This document shows positions 51,211-59,750 of a stretch of 64,000 nt of DNA, in pieces. Where the stretch lies: IMG/VR virus record IMGVR_UViG_3300042540_001399, positions 1 to 64,000 of that record; one strand, written 5' to 3'. The translations under genes were made by a program, and so were the position numbers. Below the pieces are notes generated by a model that was given only the letters and a program-made list of their open reading frames with translations, was not told the DNA's origin and ran no database searches. Every line of letters begins with the position of its first letter. Position 1 is the stretch's first letter.

Positions 51211-51933
51211 ATGGGATTAGACAAAAAAATCTTGGAAGAAATTAGAAGGGTAAATTATATTACAAATTATATAACCGAACAAGGGGCTCCTGAAGATCCT
51301 TTGGCTGATTTAGCAGGAGCGCCAGAAGATCCAGCAGCAGGTGGAGTACCAACAGATCCGGCAGCAGGTGGAGCACCAACAGATCCGGCAGCAGGCGGAG
51401 CACCAACAGATCCGGCAGCAGGTGGAGCACCAACAGATCCGGCAGCAGGTGGAGCACCAGCGGCAGGTGGAGCACCAACTCCTGTTGATACGGCAACAGA
51501 TCCTGATGTTGAAGAAGTTGGTAAAGAAGGTGAAGAAGAAGACGAAGAATTGGATATCACCGATTTAGTAACGGCACAAAAAAATATTGAAGACAAACAA
51601 GAAGAATATTTCCAAAACTTGTTCAAACAATTAGAGGCTATGGATGCTAAACTAAAGGAAATGGATGGACTAACAAGTAAAATATCTTCAATAGAAGATA
51701 AAATTGAAAGGTACAAACCAAAAACACCACAAGAAAAATTAGAACTTAGAAGTTTGGATTCAGGACCCTTCAAACAAAAACTTTCTGATTTCTTTGTAGA
51801 CAAACAACAAGAAATGGAAAAATCAGGAAAAAATGAATATGTTTTGACAACTGATGAGGTAAAACAATTTTCACCTGGTCAAATCGAAGATTCATTTAAT
51901 GAATACGGACAAGACGACGACGATATGATGTAA
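51211..51933 (+). CDS. Acidic low-complexity/coiled-coil protein, possible prohead core or scaffold-type protein
   Basis: ILEEIRR..YITEQ leader, DPAAGGAPT repeats, acidic stretch, coiled coil. Confidence 0.6.
   Translation: MGLDKKILEEIRRVNYITNYITEQGAPEDPLADLAGAPEDPAAGGVPTDPAAGGAPTDPAAGGAPTDPAAGGAPTDPAAGGAPAAGGAPTPVDTATDPDVEEVGKEGEEEDEELDITDLVTAQKNIEDKQEEYFQNLFKQLEAMDAKLKEMDGLTSKISSIEDKIERYKPKTPQEKLELRSLDSGPFKQKLSDFFVDKQQEMEKSGKNEYVLTTDEVKQFSPGQIEDSFNEYGQDDDDMM
51328..51480 (+). repeat. 27-bp tandem repeat (DPAAGGAPT) x about 5.5
   Basis: GATCCGGCAGCAGGTGGAGCACCAACA units at 51328, 51355, 51382, 51409, 51436 plus a partial copy. Confidence 0.95.
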
Positions 51934-51939
51934 TTTGAA

Positions 51940-51957
51940 AGGGACATTCGTGTCCCT
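51940..51957 (+). terminator. Hairpin, probable terminator
   Basis: AGGGACA-TTCG-TGTCCCT; weak U-tract. Confidence 0.55.
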
Positions 51958-51978
51958 CTCAAAATTTTTAAATGATTA

Positions 51979-52007
51979 TTGACTGCGACACAAATTTTAA
52001 TTATACT
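51979..52007 (+). promoter_or_regulatory. sigma70-type promoter of the replication/recombination operon
   Basis: TTGACT-17 nt-TATACT, 31 nt before the SSB start. Confidence 0.7.
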
Positions 52008-52038
52008 TTCTATTGTAAACTTTTAATAAATAATATAT

Positions 52039-52902
52039 ATGGCGACAAACAATGTTTTAGATGCGGTTTTGGCTCAGTATGAGAACTCAAAACAAAGTGG
52101 TTCTTCTTCCACTTCAAAAATGTCACAAGAAGAAAGAATGAAAAAGTATTTTGCGGCTTTACTTAAAGATAATGAAAAACAAGCCCAAAAAAGAATCAGA
52201 ATTTTACCTACAACCGATGGATCGTCACCCTTCAAAGAAGTGTGGTTCCATGAAATCTTAGTTGATGGTAAATGGCAAAAGTTTTACGATCCAGGAAAAA
52301 ATGACAACGAAAGATCACCACTAAATGAAGTGTATGATGAATTGATGTCAACAGGGAAAGAATCGGACAAAGAACTTGCAAAACAATACAAACCAAGAAA
52401 GTTTTATATTGTTAAAGTTATTGACCGTGATAATGAACAAGATGGACCAAAGTTTTGGAGATTCAAACACAACTACAAACAAGAAGGGATATTTGATAAA
52501 ATTATACCAATCTATAAAGCTAAAGGTGACGTTGCCGACGCTAGTAACGGAAGGGACTTAATTCTTGAACTTACAAAGGCAAAAACCCCAAAAGGTGCGT
52601 TCTATACAGTAATACAAACTGTTATGTACGATGATCCGTCTCCTGTTCATTCAGAACAAGAAACTATGGATGAATGGATTAATGATGAGTTGACTTGGGA
52701 AGACGTTTATTCAAAAAAACCTACTGAGTATCTTGAAGCAATTGCAAGAGGTGAAACACCAAGATGGGATTCAGAAGCGGGTAAGTATGTTTATTCAAAT
52801 GATGAAGAATCAAGTGTATCTATTGGTGGAAATAAAACAAGTGTTAATGATGTACAAGATCCACAAGTGAATGATGAAGTGGATGAAGAATTACCATTTT
52901 AA
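52039..52902 (+). CDS. Single-stranded DNA-binding protein (gp32-like)
   Basis: RIRILP, VWFH, FYIVKVIDRD...GPKFWRF, GRDLIL; acidic tail ending DEELPF. Confidence 0.8.
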   Translation: MATNNVLDAVLAQYENSKQSGSSSTSKMSQEERMKKYFAALLKDNEKQAQKRIRILPTTDGSSPFKEVWFHEILVDGKWQKFYDPGKNDNERSPLNEVYDELMSTGKESDKELAKQYKPRKFYIVKVIDRDNEQDGPKFWRFKHNYKQEGIFDKIIPIYKAKGDVADASNGRDLILELTKAKTPKGAFYTVIQTVMYDDPSPVHSEQETMDEWINDELTWEDVYSKKPTEYLEAIARGETPRWDSEAGKYVYSNDEESSVSIGGNKTSVNDVQDPQVNDEVDEELPF

Positions 52903-52918
52903 TTTCGTAAAAAAATGT

Positions 52919-52949
52919 AACGGGAGCAGTTTATTGTTCCCGTTTTTTT
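52919..52949 (+). terminator. Intrinsic terminator
   Basis: AACGGGAGCAG-ttta-TTGTTCCCGTT plus T-run. Confidence 0.75.
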
Positions 52950-52974
52950 ATCTATATTTTTTAAAAAAAATAAT

Positions 52975-53193
52975 ATGAATCCATTTATTGCAGAAAAACT
53001 TAAAGAAGCCCTTGTAAAAAAATACGAAGCAGAAATTGCCGATGCTGAAGCAAGATTGTATGTTTATTTTACTAATTCAGTTGGTATTGGAGAACATCCA
53101 CAACATACTGAAGAAATGGACAAACTTGTTGAACAACTTACAAATTCAAATGACAAATTGAAAACCATTACAAAATTTAAAATTTACGAATAA
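52975..53193 (+). CDS. Small phage hypothetical protein (VGIGEHP motif)
   Basis: 72-aa helical hairpin with NSVGIGEHP, a motif I recognise from T4-like phages. Confidence 0.65.
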   Translation: MNPFIAEKLKEALVKKYEAEIADAEARLYVYFTNSVGIGEHPQHTEEMDKLVEQLTNSNDKLKTITKFKIYE

Positions 53194-53195
53194 AA

Positions 53196-54203
53196 ATGGC
53201 ACTTAAAAAAAACGACTTTAGTTCGATAAAGAAAAAGTTTTCATCGGACGCAAAATACAAACCACAAAGATTTTTTGACTTAGGATCTGAATTTCTAGAT
53301 GCGGTTGGATTGCCAGGTCCGGCAATTGGTCACTTAAATATGTTACTTGGTCACTCGGACACAGGAAAAACAACCGCACTTATCAAAACCGCAGTAGACG
53401 CACAAAAGAAAGGTATTCTTCCTGTCTTTATTATCACTGAACAGAAATGGTCTTTTGAACACTCAAAACTTATGGGATTTGAATGTGAGGAAGTTGTGGA
53501 TGAAGAAACAGGTGAATTGACATGGGATGGATTTTTCCTTTTCAACAATAACTTTGATTATATTGAACAAATCACGGAATACATTAATGATTTATTAGAC
53601 GCCCAAGAAAAGGGTGAATTAGATTATTCCCTTTGTATCATGTGGGATTCAGTAGGATCGGTTCCTTGTAAAATGACTTACGAGGGTAAAGGAGGTAAAC
53701 AACACAATGCAAGTGTTTTAGCTGACAAAATTGGTATGGGTATCAACCAACGTATTTCAGGATCTCGTAAGGCGGATTCTAAATACGAAAATACCTTAAT
53801 CATTGTTAACCAACCTTGGGTAGAATTACCTGATAATCCATTTGGTCAACCTAAGATCAAAGCAAAAGGTGGTGAAGCAATTTGGTTAAACTCTTCTTTG
53901 GTATTCTTATTTGGTAATCAAAAAGGTGCGGGAACAACAAAGATCACGGCAACAAAAGATAAGAGAACTGTGAAGTTCGCTTCAAGAACAAAAGTGTCGG
54001 TTATGAAAAACCACATTAATGGTCTTGGTTTTGAAGACGGAAGAATTATTGTAACTCCACACGGATTTTTACCGGGTAAAGATACAACAGAAGAAAAGGC
54101 ATCAATAGAAAAGTATAAAAAAGAATACGCTGACTATTGGAAGGATATTATCGGAGTAGATGGTGACTTTGATCTGAAAACAGAAAAAGAAGAAACTGAG
54201 TAA
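53196..54203 (+). CDS. uvsX: RecA/UvsX-like recombinase
   Basis: Walker A GHSDTGKTT, WDSVG, IVNQPW, KAKGGEA, KNHING. Confidence 0.85.
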   Translation: MALKKNDFSSIKKKFSSDAKYKPQRFFDLGSEFLDAVGLPGPAIGHLNMLLGHSDTGKTTALIKTAVDAQKKGILPVFIITEQKWSFEHSKLMGFECEEVVDEETGELTWDGFFLFNNNFDYIEQITEYINDLLDAQEKGELDYSLCIMWDSVGSVPCKMTYEGKGGKQHNASVLADKIGMGINQRISGSRKADSKYENTLIIVNQPWVELPDNPFGQPKIKAKGGEAIWLNSSLVFLFGNQKGAGTTKITATKDKRTVKFASRTKVSVMKNHINGLGFEDGRIIVTPHGFLPGKDTTEEKASIEKYKKEYADYWKDIIGVDGDFDLKTEKEETE

Positions 54204-54225
54204 CAACAATTTAAGTTATTTTTAA

Positions 54226-55242
54226 ATGACAAAAACACTTTTGGTGGATGGGAATAACCTATTGAAAATAGGATTCCACGGAGTAAAAGATTTTTTTAAC
54301 GGGACACAACACGTTGGTGGTATTTGGCATTTTTTGAATACACTTAGGAAGTTCTTGGAAGAAACAAACTTTAACAAGGTAGTTGTTTTTTGGGATAGTG
54401 AAACATCTTCATCAGAAAGAAGAATTATTTATCCCAAATATAAACTCAATAGAAAAGAAAAAAACGAGCAAGACTTCAAAGAACAGTCATTTGGGGTACA
54501 AAAGTTAAGAGTAAAACAGTATCTTGAAGAAATGTTTGTTAGACAGTTAGAAATAGATAGATCTGAAGCTGACGATCTTATCGCTTATTACTGTCAAATA
54601 TCTAATGACGAAGAAAAAACAATATTTTCAAGTGACCGTGACTTGACTCAACTTATTTCTGAACACGTTACAATTTATTCCCCATCTACAAAACAATACT
54701 ATAAAAATGGTGACAAAATAAAACTTTATGATGCTGAAATACCACACTTTAATATTAAAACATACAAGATACTTACAGGTGATATTTCAGATAATATTGA
54801 TGGTATTTTTTACTTGGGTGAAAAAACATTCATAAAGTTATTTCCAGAAATACTTGAAAGTAAAGTTGAATATACCGATATTTTAACTAAAGCTGAAAAG
54901 TTGTTATCAGAGGAAAAAGGGAATGTTGCAATACAAAATCTACTTAGTGGTAAAACAAAAGAAGGAATATTTGGTGAAGAATTTTTTACAGTAAATGAAA
55001 AAATTGTAGATTTGTCAAATCCTCTTATTACTGATGAAGGTAAAGAACTTGTTAAATTATACTATTCAGAGTCGATGGATCCCGACGGTAGAGGGTATAG
55101 AAATTTAATAAGGATGATGATGGAAGATGGGTTTTTTAAGTACCTCCCCAAAAATGATGACGCTTGGGTAAATTTTTTAAAACCATTTTTAAAGTTAACA
55201 AGAAAAGAAAAAACAAAATTTAGAAACAGAACAAAAAAGTAA
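54226..55242 (+). CDS. 5'-3' exonuclease / flap endonuclease (T4 RNase H-like)
   Basis: LLVDGNNL, YPKYKLNR, EADDLIA, SSDRDLTQL, LTGDISDNIDGI..LGEKT. Confidence 0.9.
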   Translation: MTKTLLVDGNNLLKIGFHGVKDFFNGTQHVGGIWHFLNTLRKFLEETNFNKVVVFWDSETSSSERRIIYPKYKLNRKEKNEQDFKEQSFGVQKLRVKQYLEEMFVRQLEIDRSEADDLIAYYCQISNDEEKTIFSSDRDLTQLISEHVTIYSPSTKQYYKNGDKIKLYDAEIPHFNIKTYKILTGDISDNIDGIFYLGEKTFIKLFPEILESKVEYTDILTKAEKLLSEEKGNVAIQNLLSGKTKEGIFGEEFFTVNEKIVDLSNPLITDEGKELVKLYYSESMDPDGRGYRNLIRMMMEDGFFKYLPKNDDAWVNFLKPFLKLTRKEKTKFRNRTKK

Positions 55243-55244
55243 AA

Positions 55245-55694
55245 ATGAAAGAACAAGAAGTAACAAAAGTAGAATTTTTGTTGATGTGTAATGATAACAT
55301 AGTCGTACAAAGATTTTTTAATGTGAAAGGGTTTAATAAAAATGCCCACAAATCAGAAGAATTTTTCAACTACATAAGAACATTTTGTAATGAACTTAAG
55401 TATGATTTGAAAATGAGATCCGTTGTCTACATGTTGGAAAATCAATATGAAATAACGGAAAATCCAGAAGTTCTAAACACATCAATAACCGATGGTGAAG
55501 AAAACTTTAACCTTTATATTAAGGTAGAAAACATGACAATTTGTCAGAGAACCTTTGACGCTAAAGTATACCCTCCAAAGGTAAGATATACTGTAGATTT
55601 ACGCCCAAGGTTAAAACAGGTACTAAGTGACCTTACTGACATTTTTTCAGGTAAAAAATTTAATTATTTTTATCCTCAATTTATTCAAAATTAG
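55245..55694 (+). CDS. Hypothetical protein in the replication operon
   Basis: 149-aa ORF tightly packed between the exonuclease and helicase genes. Confidence 0.7.
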   Translation: MKEQEVTKVEFLLMCNDNIVVQRFFNVKGFNKNAHKSEEFFNYIRTFCNELKYDLKMRSVVYMLENQYEITENPEVLNTSITDGEENFNLYIKVENMTICQRTFDAKVYPPKVRYTVDLRPRLKQVLSDLTDIFSGKKFNYFYPQFIQN

Positions 55695-55728
55695 TAGTAT
55701 TTATCATTACTAACAGAAAGAAAAAAAT

Positions 55729-57117
55729 ATGGCGACAAACAAAAATTTTGAATATCTCGGTAATAATTTTCAGATTCAATTACTAAATCAAATCATTTTA
55801 GACAAAGACTTTTCTCATTCAATTATTGACGTTATTGAAAATAGTTATTTTGAAAATAAGTACTTTAAAATAATCATTCAAATGGTGAAGGAGTATTATA
55901 AAAAATATGATCACACACCATCGTTTGATACATTAGAACAAGTTGCCAAATCCGAATTACAACAAGAAACTGCGGTCAAAATCGTTTTGGACACGATTAA
56001 AAAAATTAAGGATGCACCTATCGACGGGGTCGATTTTGTACAAGAAAAAGCTTTGAAGTTCTGTAAACAACAAGAGTTACAGAAAGTCATGAAAAAGGCT
56101 CAAAAAATTATAGATGGTGGTGAGTTTGAAAACTATGACACACTTGAAGAACTAGTAAGGGACGCACTTTTAGTCGGTACAAAAGATACAAGTATGATGG
56201 ATGTGTTTTCAAACTTGGACCAAGTCTTAGAAGAAGATTATAGACACCCAATCCCTATGGGAATACCTGGTATCGATAGACTTCTGAAAGGTGGTTTGGC
56301 AAAAGGTGAAATTGGTGTTATATTAGCACCTACAGGTGTTGGTAAATCAACAGTACTGACCAAAATTTCGAACCACGCATTTAATTTAGGTTTTAATGTC
56401 TTACAAGTGTTTTTTGAAGACAACCCAAAAGTTATTCAAAGAAAACATTTTACACTATGGACAAAGATTCATCCTGACGAATTGTCAGAAAAAAAAGACC
56501 AAGTAATGCAAAAAGTTAAGGAAATTAAAGAAACTATGCCAAACGAATTAATTTTGAAAAAGTTACCGTCTGATACTAAAACAATGTTACAAATCAAAAA
56601 CGAAATCAGAAAAATGATCGCTGATGGTGTTAAAATTGATATGGTTGTTTTAGATTATATTGACTGTATTGTCCCTGATAAAAACTTGGGTGATGAATGG
56701 AAAAGTGAAGGTTCTGTAATGCGAGGATTTGAAGCAATGTGTCACGAATTGAACATCGTTGGGTGGACTGCAACACAAGGTAATAGATCTTCTATATCGT
56801 CAGAAGTTGTAACTACCGATCAAATGGGTGGATCAATTAAAAAGGCACAAGTAGGACACGTAATTATATCAGTAGCCAAAACATTACAACAAAAAGAAAT
56901 GAAGTTAGCCACAATTGCAATTACCAAGTCCCGTATAGGGGATGATGGTGTGGTTTTTGAAAATTGTAAATTTGATAATGCAATGATTGATATAGATACA
57001 GAATCAACAACAACCTTTCTCGGTTTGGAAGAACAAAAAGAAGAAAGACAACGACAAAGAGTAAAAGAATTACTTGAAAAAAGAAAAGAACGAGAACAAA
57101 AACAAAAATCTGAATAA
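55729..57117 (+). CDS. Replicative DnaB-family helicase (gp41-like)
   Basis: GGLAKGE, APTGVGKST, VVLDYID, WTATQGNR, KSRIG. Confidence 0.9.
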   Translation: MATNKNFEYLGNNFQIQLLNQIILDKDFSHSIIDVIENSYFENKYFKIIIQMVKEYYKKYDHTPSFDTLEQVAKSELQQETAVKIVLDTIKKIKDAPIDGVDFVQEKALKFCKQQELQKVMKKAQKIIDGGEFENYDTLEELVRDALLVGTKDTSMMDVFSNLDQVLEEDYRHPIPMGIPGIDRLLKGGLAKGEIGVILAPTGVGKSTVLTKISNHAFNLGFNVLQVFFEDNPKVIQRKHFTLWTKIHPDELSEKKDQVMQKVKEIKETMPNELILKKLPSDTKTMLQIKNEIRKMIADGVKIDMVVLDYIDCIVPDKNLGDEWKSEGSVMRGFEAMCHELNIVGWTATQGNRSSISSEVVTTDQMGGSIKKAQVGHVIISVAKTLQQKEMKLATIAITKSRIGDDGVVFENCKFDNAMIDIDTESTTTFLGLEEQKEERQRQRVKELLEKRKEREQKQKSE

Positions 57118-57143
57118 AATAAAATAATTAAATTTTTTTAAAA

Positions 57144-59003
57144 ATGGATATATCACAAAGAATATTAAGTGACATTACAGTGTACATGAAATACGCTAAG
57201 TTTCTCCCTGAAAAAAACAGACGAGAAACGTGGGAAGAATTGGTGACAAGAAACAAAGAAATGCACCAAAAAAAATACCCACAAATCAAAGACGAAATTG
57301 AAGAAGTTTATCAAATGGTATACGATAAAAAAATCCTTCCTTCAATGAGGTCTTTACAATTCGGTGGAAAACCAATTGAAATTTCACCAAACCGAGTTTA
57401 TAACTGTGCTTACATGCCAATTGACCACCCTGACGCTTTTTCAGAAACAATGTTTCTATTGTTAGGTGGTACTGGTGTAGGATTTTCAGTTCAAAAACAC
57501 CACGTAGAAAAACTTCCTGAAATCAAAAGACCAAACCCAAGTAGAACAAGAAGATACTTGATTGGTGATAGTATTGAAGGATGGGCTGACGCAATCAAAG
57601 TATTGATCGAATCATACTTAGGTGTTAAATCATCAACTCCTGTATTTGATTTTTCTGATATTCGTCAGAAAGGAGCGTTGTTGGTTACTTCAGGCGGAAA
57701 AGCACCAGGACCTCAACCATTAAAAGATTGTATTCATAACATTACTAAAGTATTTGAAAACAAAGTTGACGGTGAAAAACTTTCACCTATTGAAACCCAC
57801 GACATCGTTTGTCATATCGCAGATGCGGTATTGGCAGGTGGTATTCGTAGAGCGGCTTTGATTTCATTATTTTCTGCTGATGATGATGAAATGATTTCTT
57901 GTAAATCAGGAAGTTGGTGGGAATCAAATCCACAAAGAGGTAGGGCGAATAACTCAGCGGTTTTACTTCGTCACAAAGTTACCAAAGAATACTTTATGGA
58001 TCTTTGGAAAAGAATTGAATTGTCAGGGGCAGGGGAACCTGGTATCTATTTGTCAAATGACAAAGATTGGGGAACAAACCCATGTTGTGAGATCGGTCTT
58101 CGCCCATATCAATTCTGTAACTTGTGTGAGGTAAATGCTTCTGATATTGAGTCTCAAGAAGATTTTGAAAAAAGAGTTAAAGGAGCTGCGTTTATCGGAA
58201 CACTTCAAGCGGGATACACTGACTTCCATTATCTTCGTGATGTTTGGAAAAGAACCACTGAAAAAGACGCTCTTATTGGGGTTGGTATGACAGGTATCGG
58301 TTCAGGTGTTGTATTGGGTTATGATATGAAAGCGGCGGCAGTTGCGGTTAAAGAAGAAAACGAACGTGTTGCAAATCTCATCGGAATTAATAAAGCAGCA
58401 AGAACAACTACAGTTAAACCATCAGGAACATCATCTTTGGTTTTAGGTACATCTTCAGGTATTCACGCATGGCATAACGACTACTACTTGCGAAGAATTC
58501 GTGTGGGTAAAAATGAGGCGATTTACTCTTACTTGGCAATTAACCACCCTGAGTTAGTTGAAGATGAATTTTTCAGACCACATGATACCGCAGTAATTAC
58601 AATTCCACAGAAAGCACCTGAAGGGTCAATTCTTCGTCACGAGTCTGTATTCCAAATGTTAGAACGTGTAAAGAAAGTATCACAAGAATGGATTAAGTTT
58701 GGACATAGAGGTGGTCAAAATTCACATAATGTATCTGCAACAGTTTCAATTAAAGAAGATGAATGGGAATTAGTTGGTGATTGGATGTGGAGTAACAGAA
58801 AATTCTACAATGGACTTTCAGTTCTTCCTTACAACGGTGGAACATATACTCAAGCACCATTTGAAGATTGTACACAAGAAGACTTTGAACGATTAATCAA
58901 AACTTTATCAGATGTTGATTTAACTAAAGTTATCGAGTTACAAGATAATACTAATTTAAGTGGTGAAGCCGCATGTGCCGGTGGAGCTTGTGAAATAGTA
59001 TAA
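57144..59003 (+). CDS. nrdJ: Class II (adenosylcobalamin-dependent) ribonucleotide reductase
   Basis: YNCA, GTGVGFSV, GGIRRAA, TNPCCEI, FCNL, TTVKPSGT, C-terminal CAGGAC; no ATP cone and no nrdB nearby. Confidence 0.85.
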   Translation: MDISQRILSDITVYMKYAKFLPEKNRRETWEELVTRNKEMHQKKYPQIKDEIEEVYQMVYDKKILPSMRSLQFGGKPIEISPNRVYNCAYMPIDHPDAFSETMFLLLGGTGVGFSVQKHHVEKLPEIKRPNPSRTRRYLIGDSIEGWADAIKVLIESYLGVKSSTPVFDFSDIRQKGALLVTSGGKAPGPQPLKDCIHNITKVFENKVDGEKLSPIETHDIVCHIADAVLAGGIRRAALISLFSADDDEMISCKSGSWWESNPQRGRANNSAVLLRHKVTKEYFMDLWKRIELSGAGEPGIYLSNDKDWGTNPCCEIGLRPYQFCNLCEVNASDIESQEDFEKRVKGAAFIGTLQAGYTDFHYLRDVWKRTTEKDALIGVGMTGIGSGVVLGYDMKAAAVAVKEENERVANLIGINKAARTTTVKPSGTSSLVLGTSSGIHAWHNDYYLRRIRVGKNEAIYSYLAINHPELVEDEFFRPHDTAVITIPQKAPEGSILRHESVFQMLERVKKVSQEWIKFGHRGGQNSHNVSATVSIKEDEWELVGDWMWSNRKFYNGLSVLPYNGGTYTQAPFEDCTQEDFERLIKTLSDVDLTKVIELQDNTNLSGEAACAGGACEIV

Positions 59004-59006
59004 GTT

Positions 59007-59231
59007 ATGAATGTTGGGGCATCTAAAGATTGGGTACAAGAACTGTTTGTAAAAGAATTTATAACACCTAAACTTCTTCCTACAGATTTTTATTATGATA
59101 ATCAAGGTAGGATGGTAATGACAGAATCTTATCATAAAAGAAGAGGTAGTTGTTGTGGTTCAGGTTGTTTACATTGTCCTTATGACCCAAGAAATAAAAA
59201 AGGTACAAAGACCTTACAAGAAAATCACTGA
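59007..59231 (+). CDS. Small Cys-rich protein (DUF5522-like)
   Basis: FYY...GRMVMT..YH.RRG.CCGSGC.HCPY. Confidence 0.7.
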   Translation: MNVGASKDWVQELFVKEFITPKLLPTDFYYDNQGRMVMTESYHKRRGSCCGSGCLHCPYDPRNKKGTKTLQENH

Positions 59232-59249
59232 GAAATCAGTGATTTTTTT
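59221..59249 (+). terminator. Intrinsic terminator ending the replication operon
   Basis: AAAATCACTGA-GAAA-TCAGTGATTTT plus Ts. Confidence 0.8.
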
Positions 59250-59286
59250 ATTTATATAAAAAACCCAAATAGTATATTTATTGAAT

Positions 59287-59745
59287 ATGGCAAACGGTAT
59301 AACTTATGGTATAACCTTCCCCTTTAGAGATTCTTTTGATGGGAAGTATTTAGACTTGACTGACTATGCGTCCGAAGAAGTTAGAACGGACCTTATTCAT
59401 TTATTATTGACCAGAAAAGGGAGTAGGTATTATTTACCTGATTTCGGAACAAGGTTGTATGAATATATTTTCGAACCACTTGATGGACCAACTTTTGCTG
59501 AAATAGAAGCTGAAATTAGAGACTCTGTTGAAGAATTTATGCCGGGGGTACTTATTACAAACATAACAATTACAGACGCATCCATGGATGAAGAAAATAA
59601 AGGTACGTTTATAAATGGTGATGATCAAAGAGAATTTACAGTACCTAACATATCACAAAAAGAACATACGGCAAGAGTTAAAATTGATTACAAAATAACT
59701 TCAGATTCGTTCAATAGTTCTGATTTCATTATTTTGAATATTTAA
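59287..59745 (+). CDS. Baseplate wedge subunit gp25-like
   Basis: GITFPF, LLLTRKGSRY..PDFGT.L..YIFEP; ATG 59287 preferred to TTG 59281. Confidence 0.9.
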   Translation: MANGITYGITFPFRDSFDGKYLDLTDYASEEVRTDLIHLLLTRKGSRYYLPDFGTRLYEYIFEPLDGPTFAEIEAEIRDSVEEFMPGVLITNITITDASMDEENKGTFINGDDQREFTVPNISQKEHTARVKIDYKITSDSFNSSDFIILNI

Positions 59746-59750
59746 TATAT

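Noticed and set aside
51260-51803. Antisense and alternate-frame ORFs over the 27-bp repeat (51260..51496, 51267..51803, 51341..51568)
   Set aside because: By-products of the GC-rich repeat within the real + strand gene.
20480-59003. Inteins or introns in polymerase, helicases, recombinase or RNR
   Set aside because: Lengths and motif spacing are normal; no splice-junction or homing endonuclease motifs seen.
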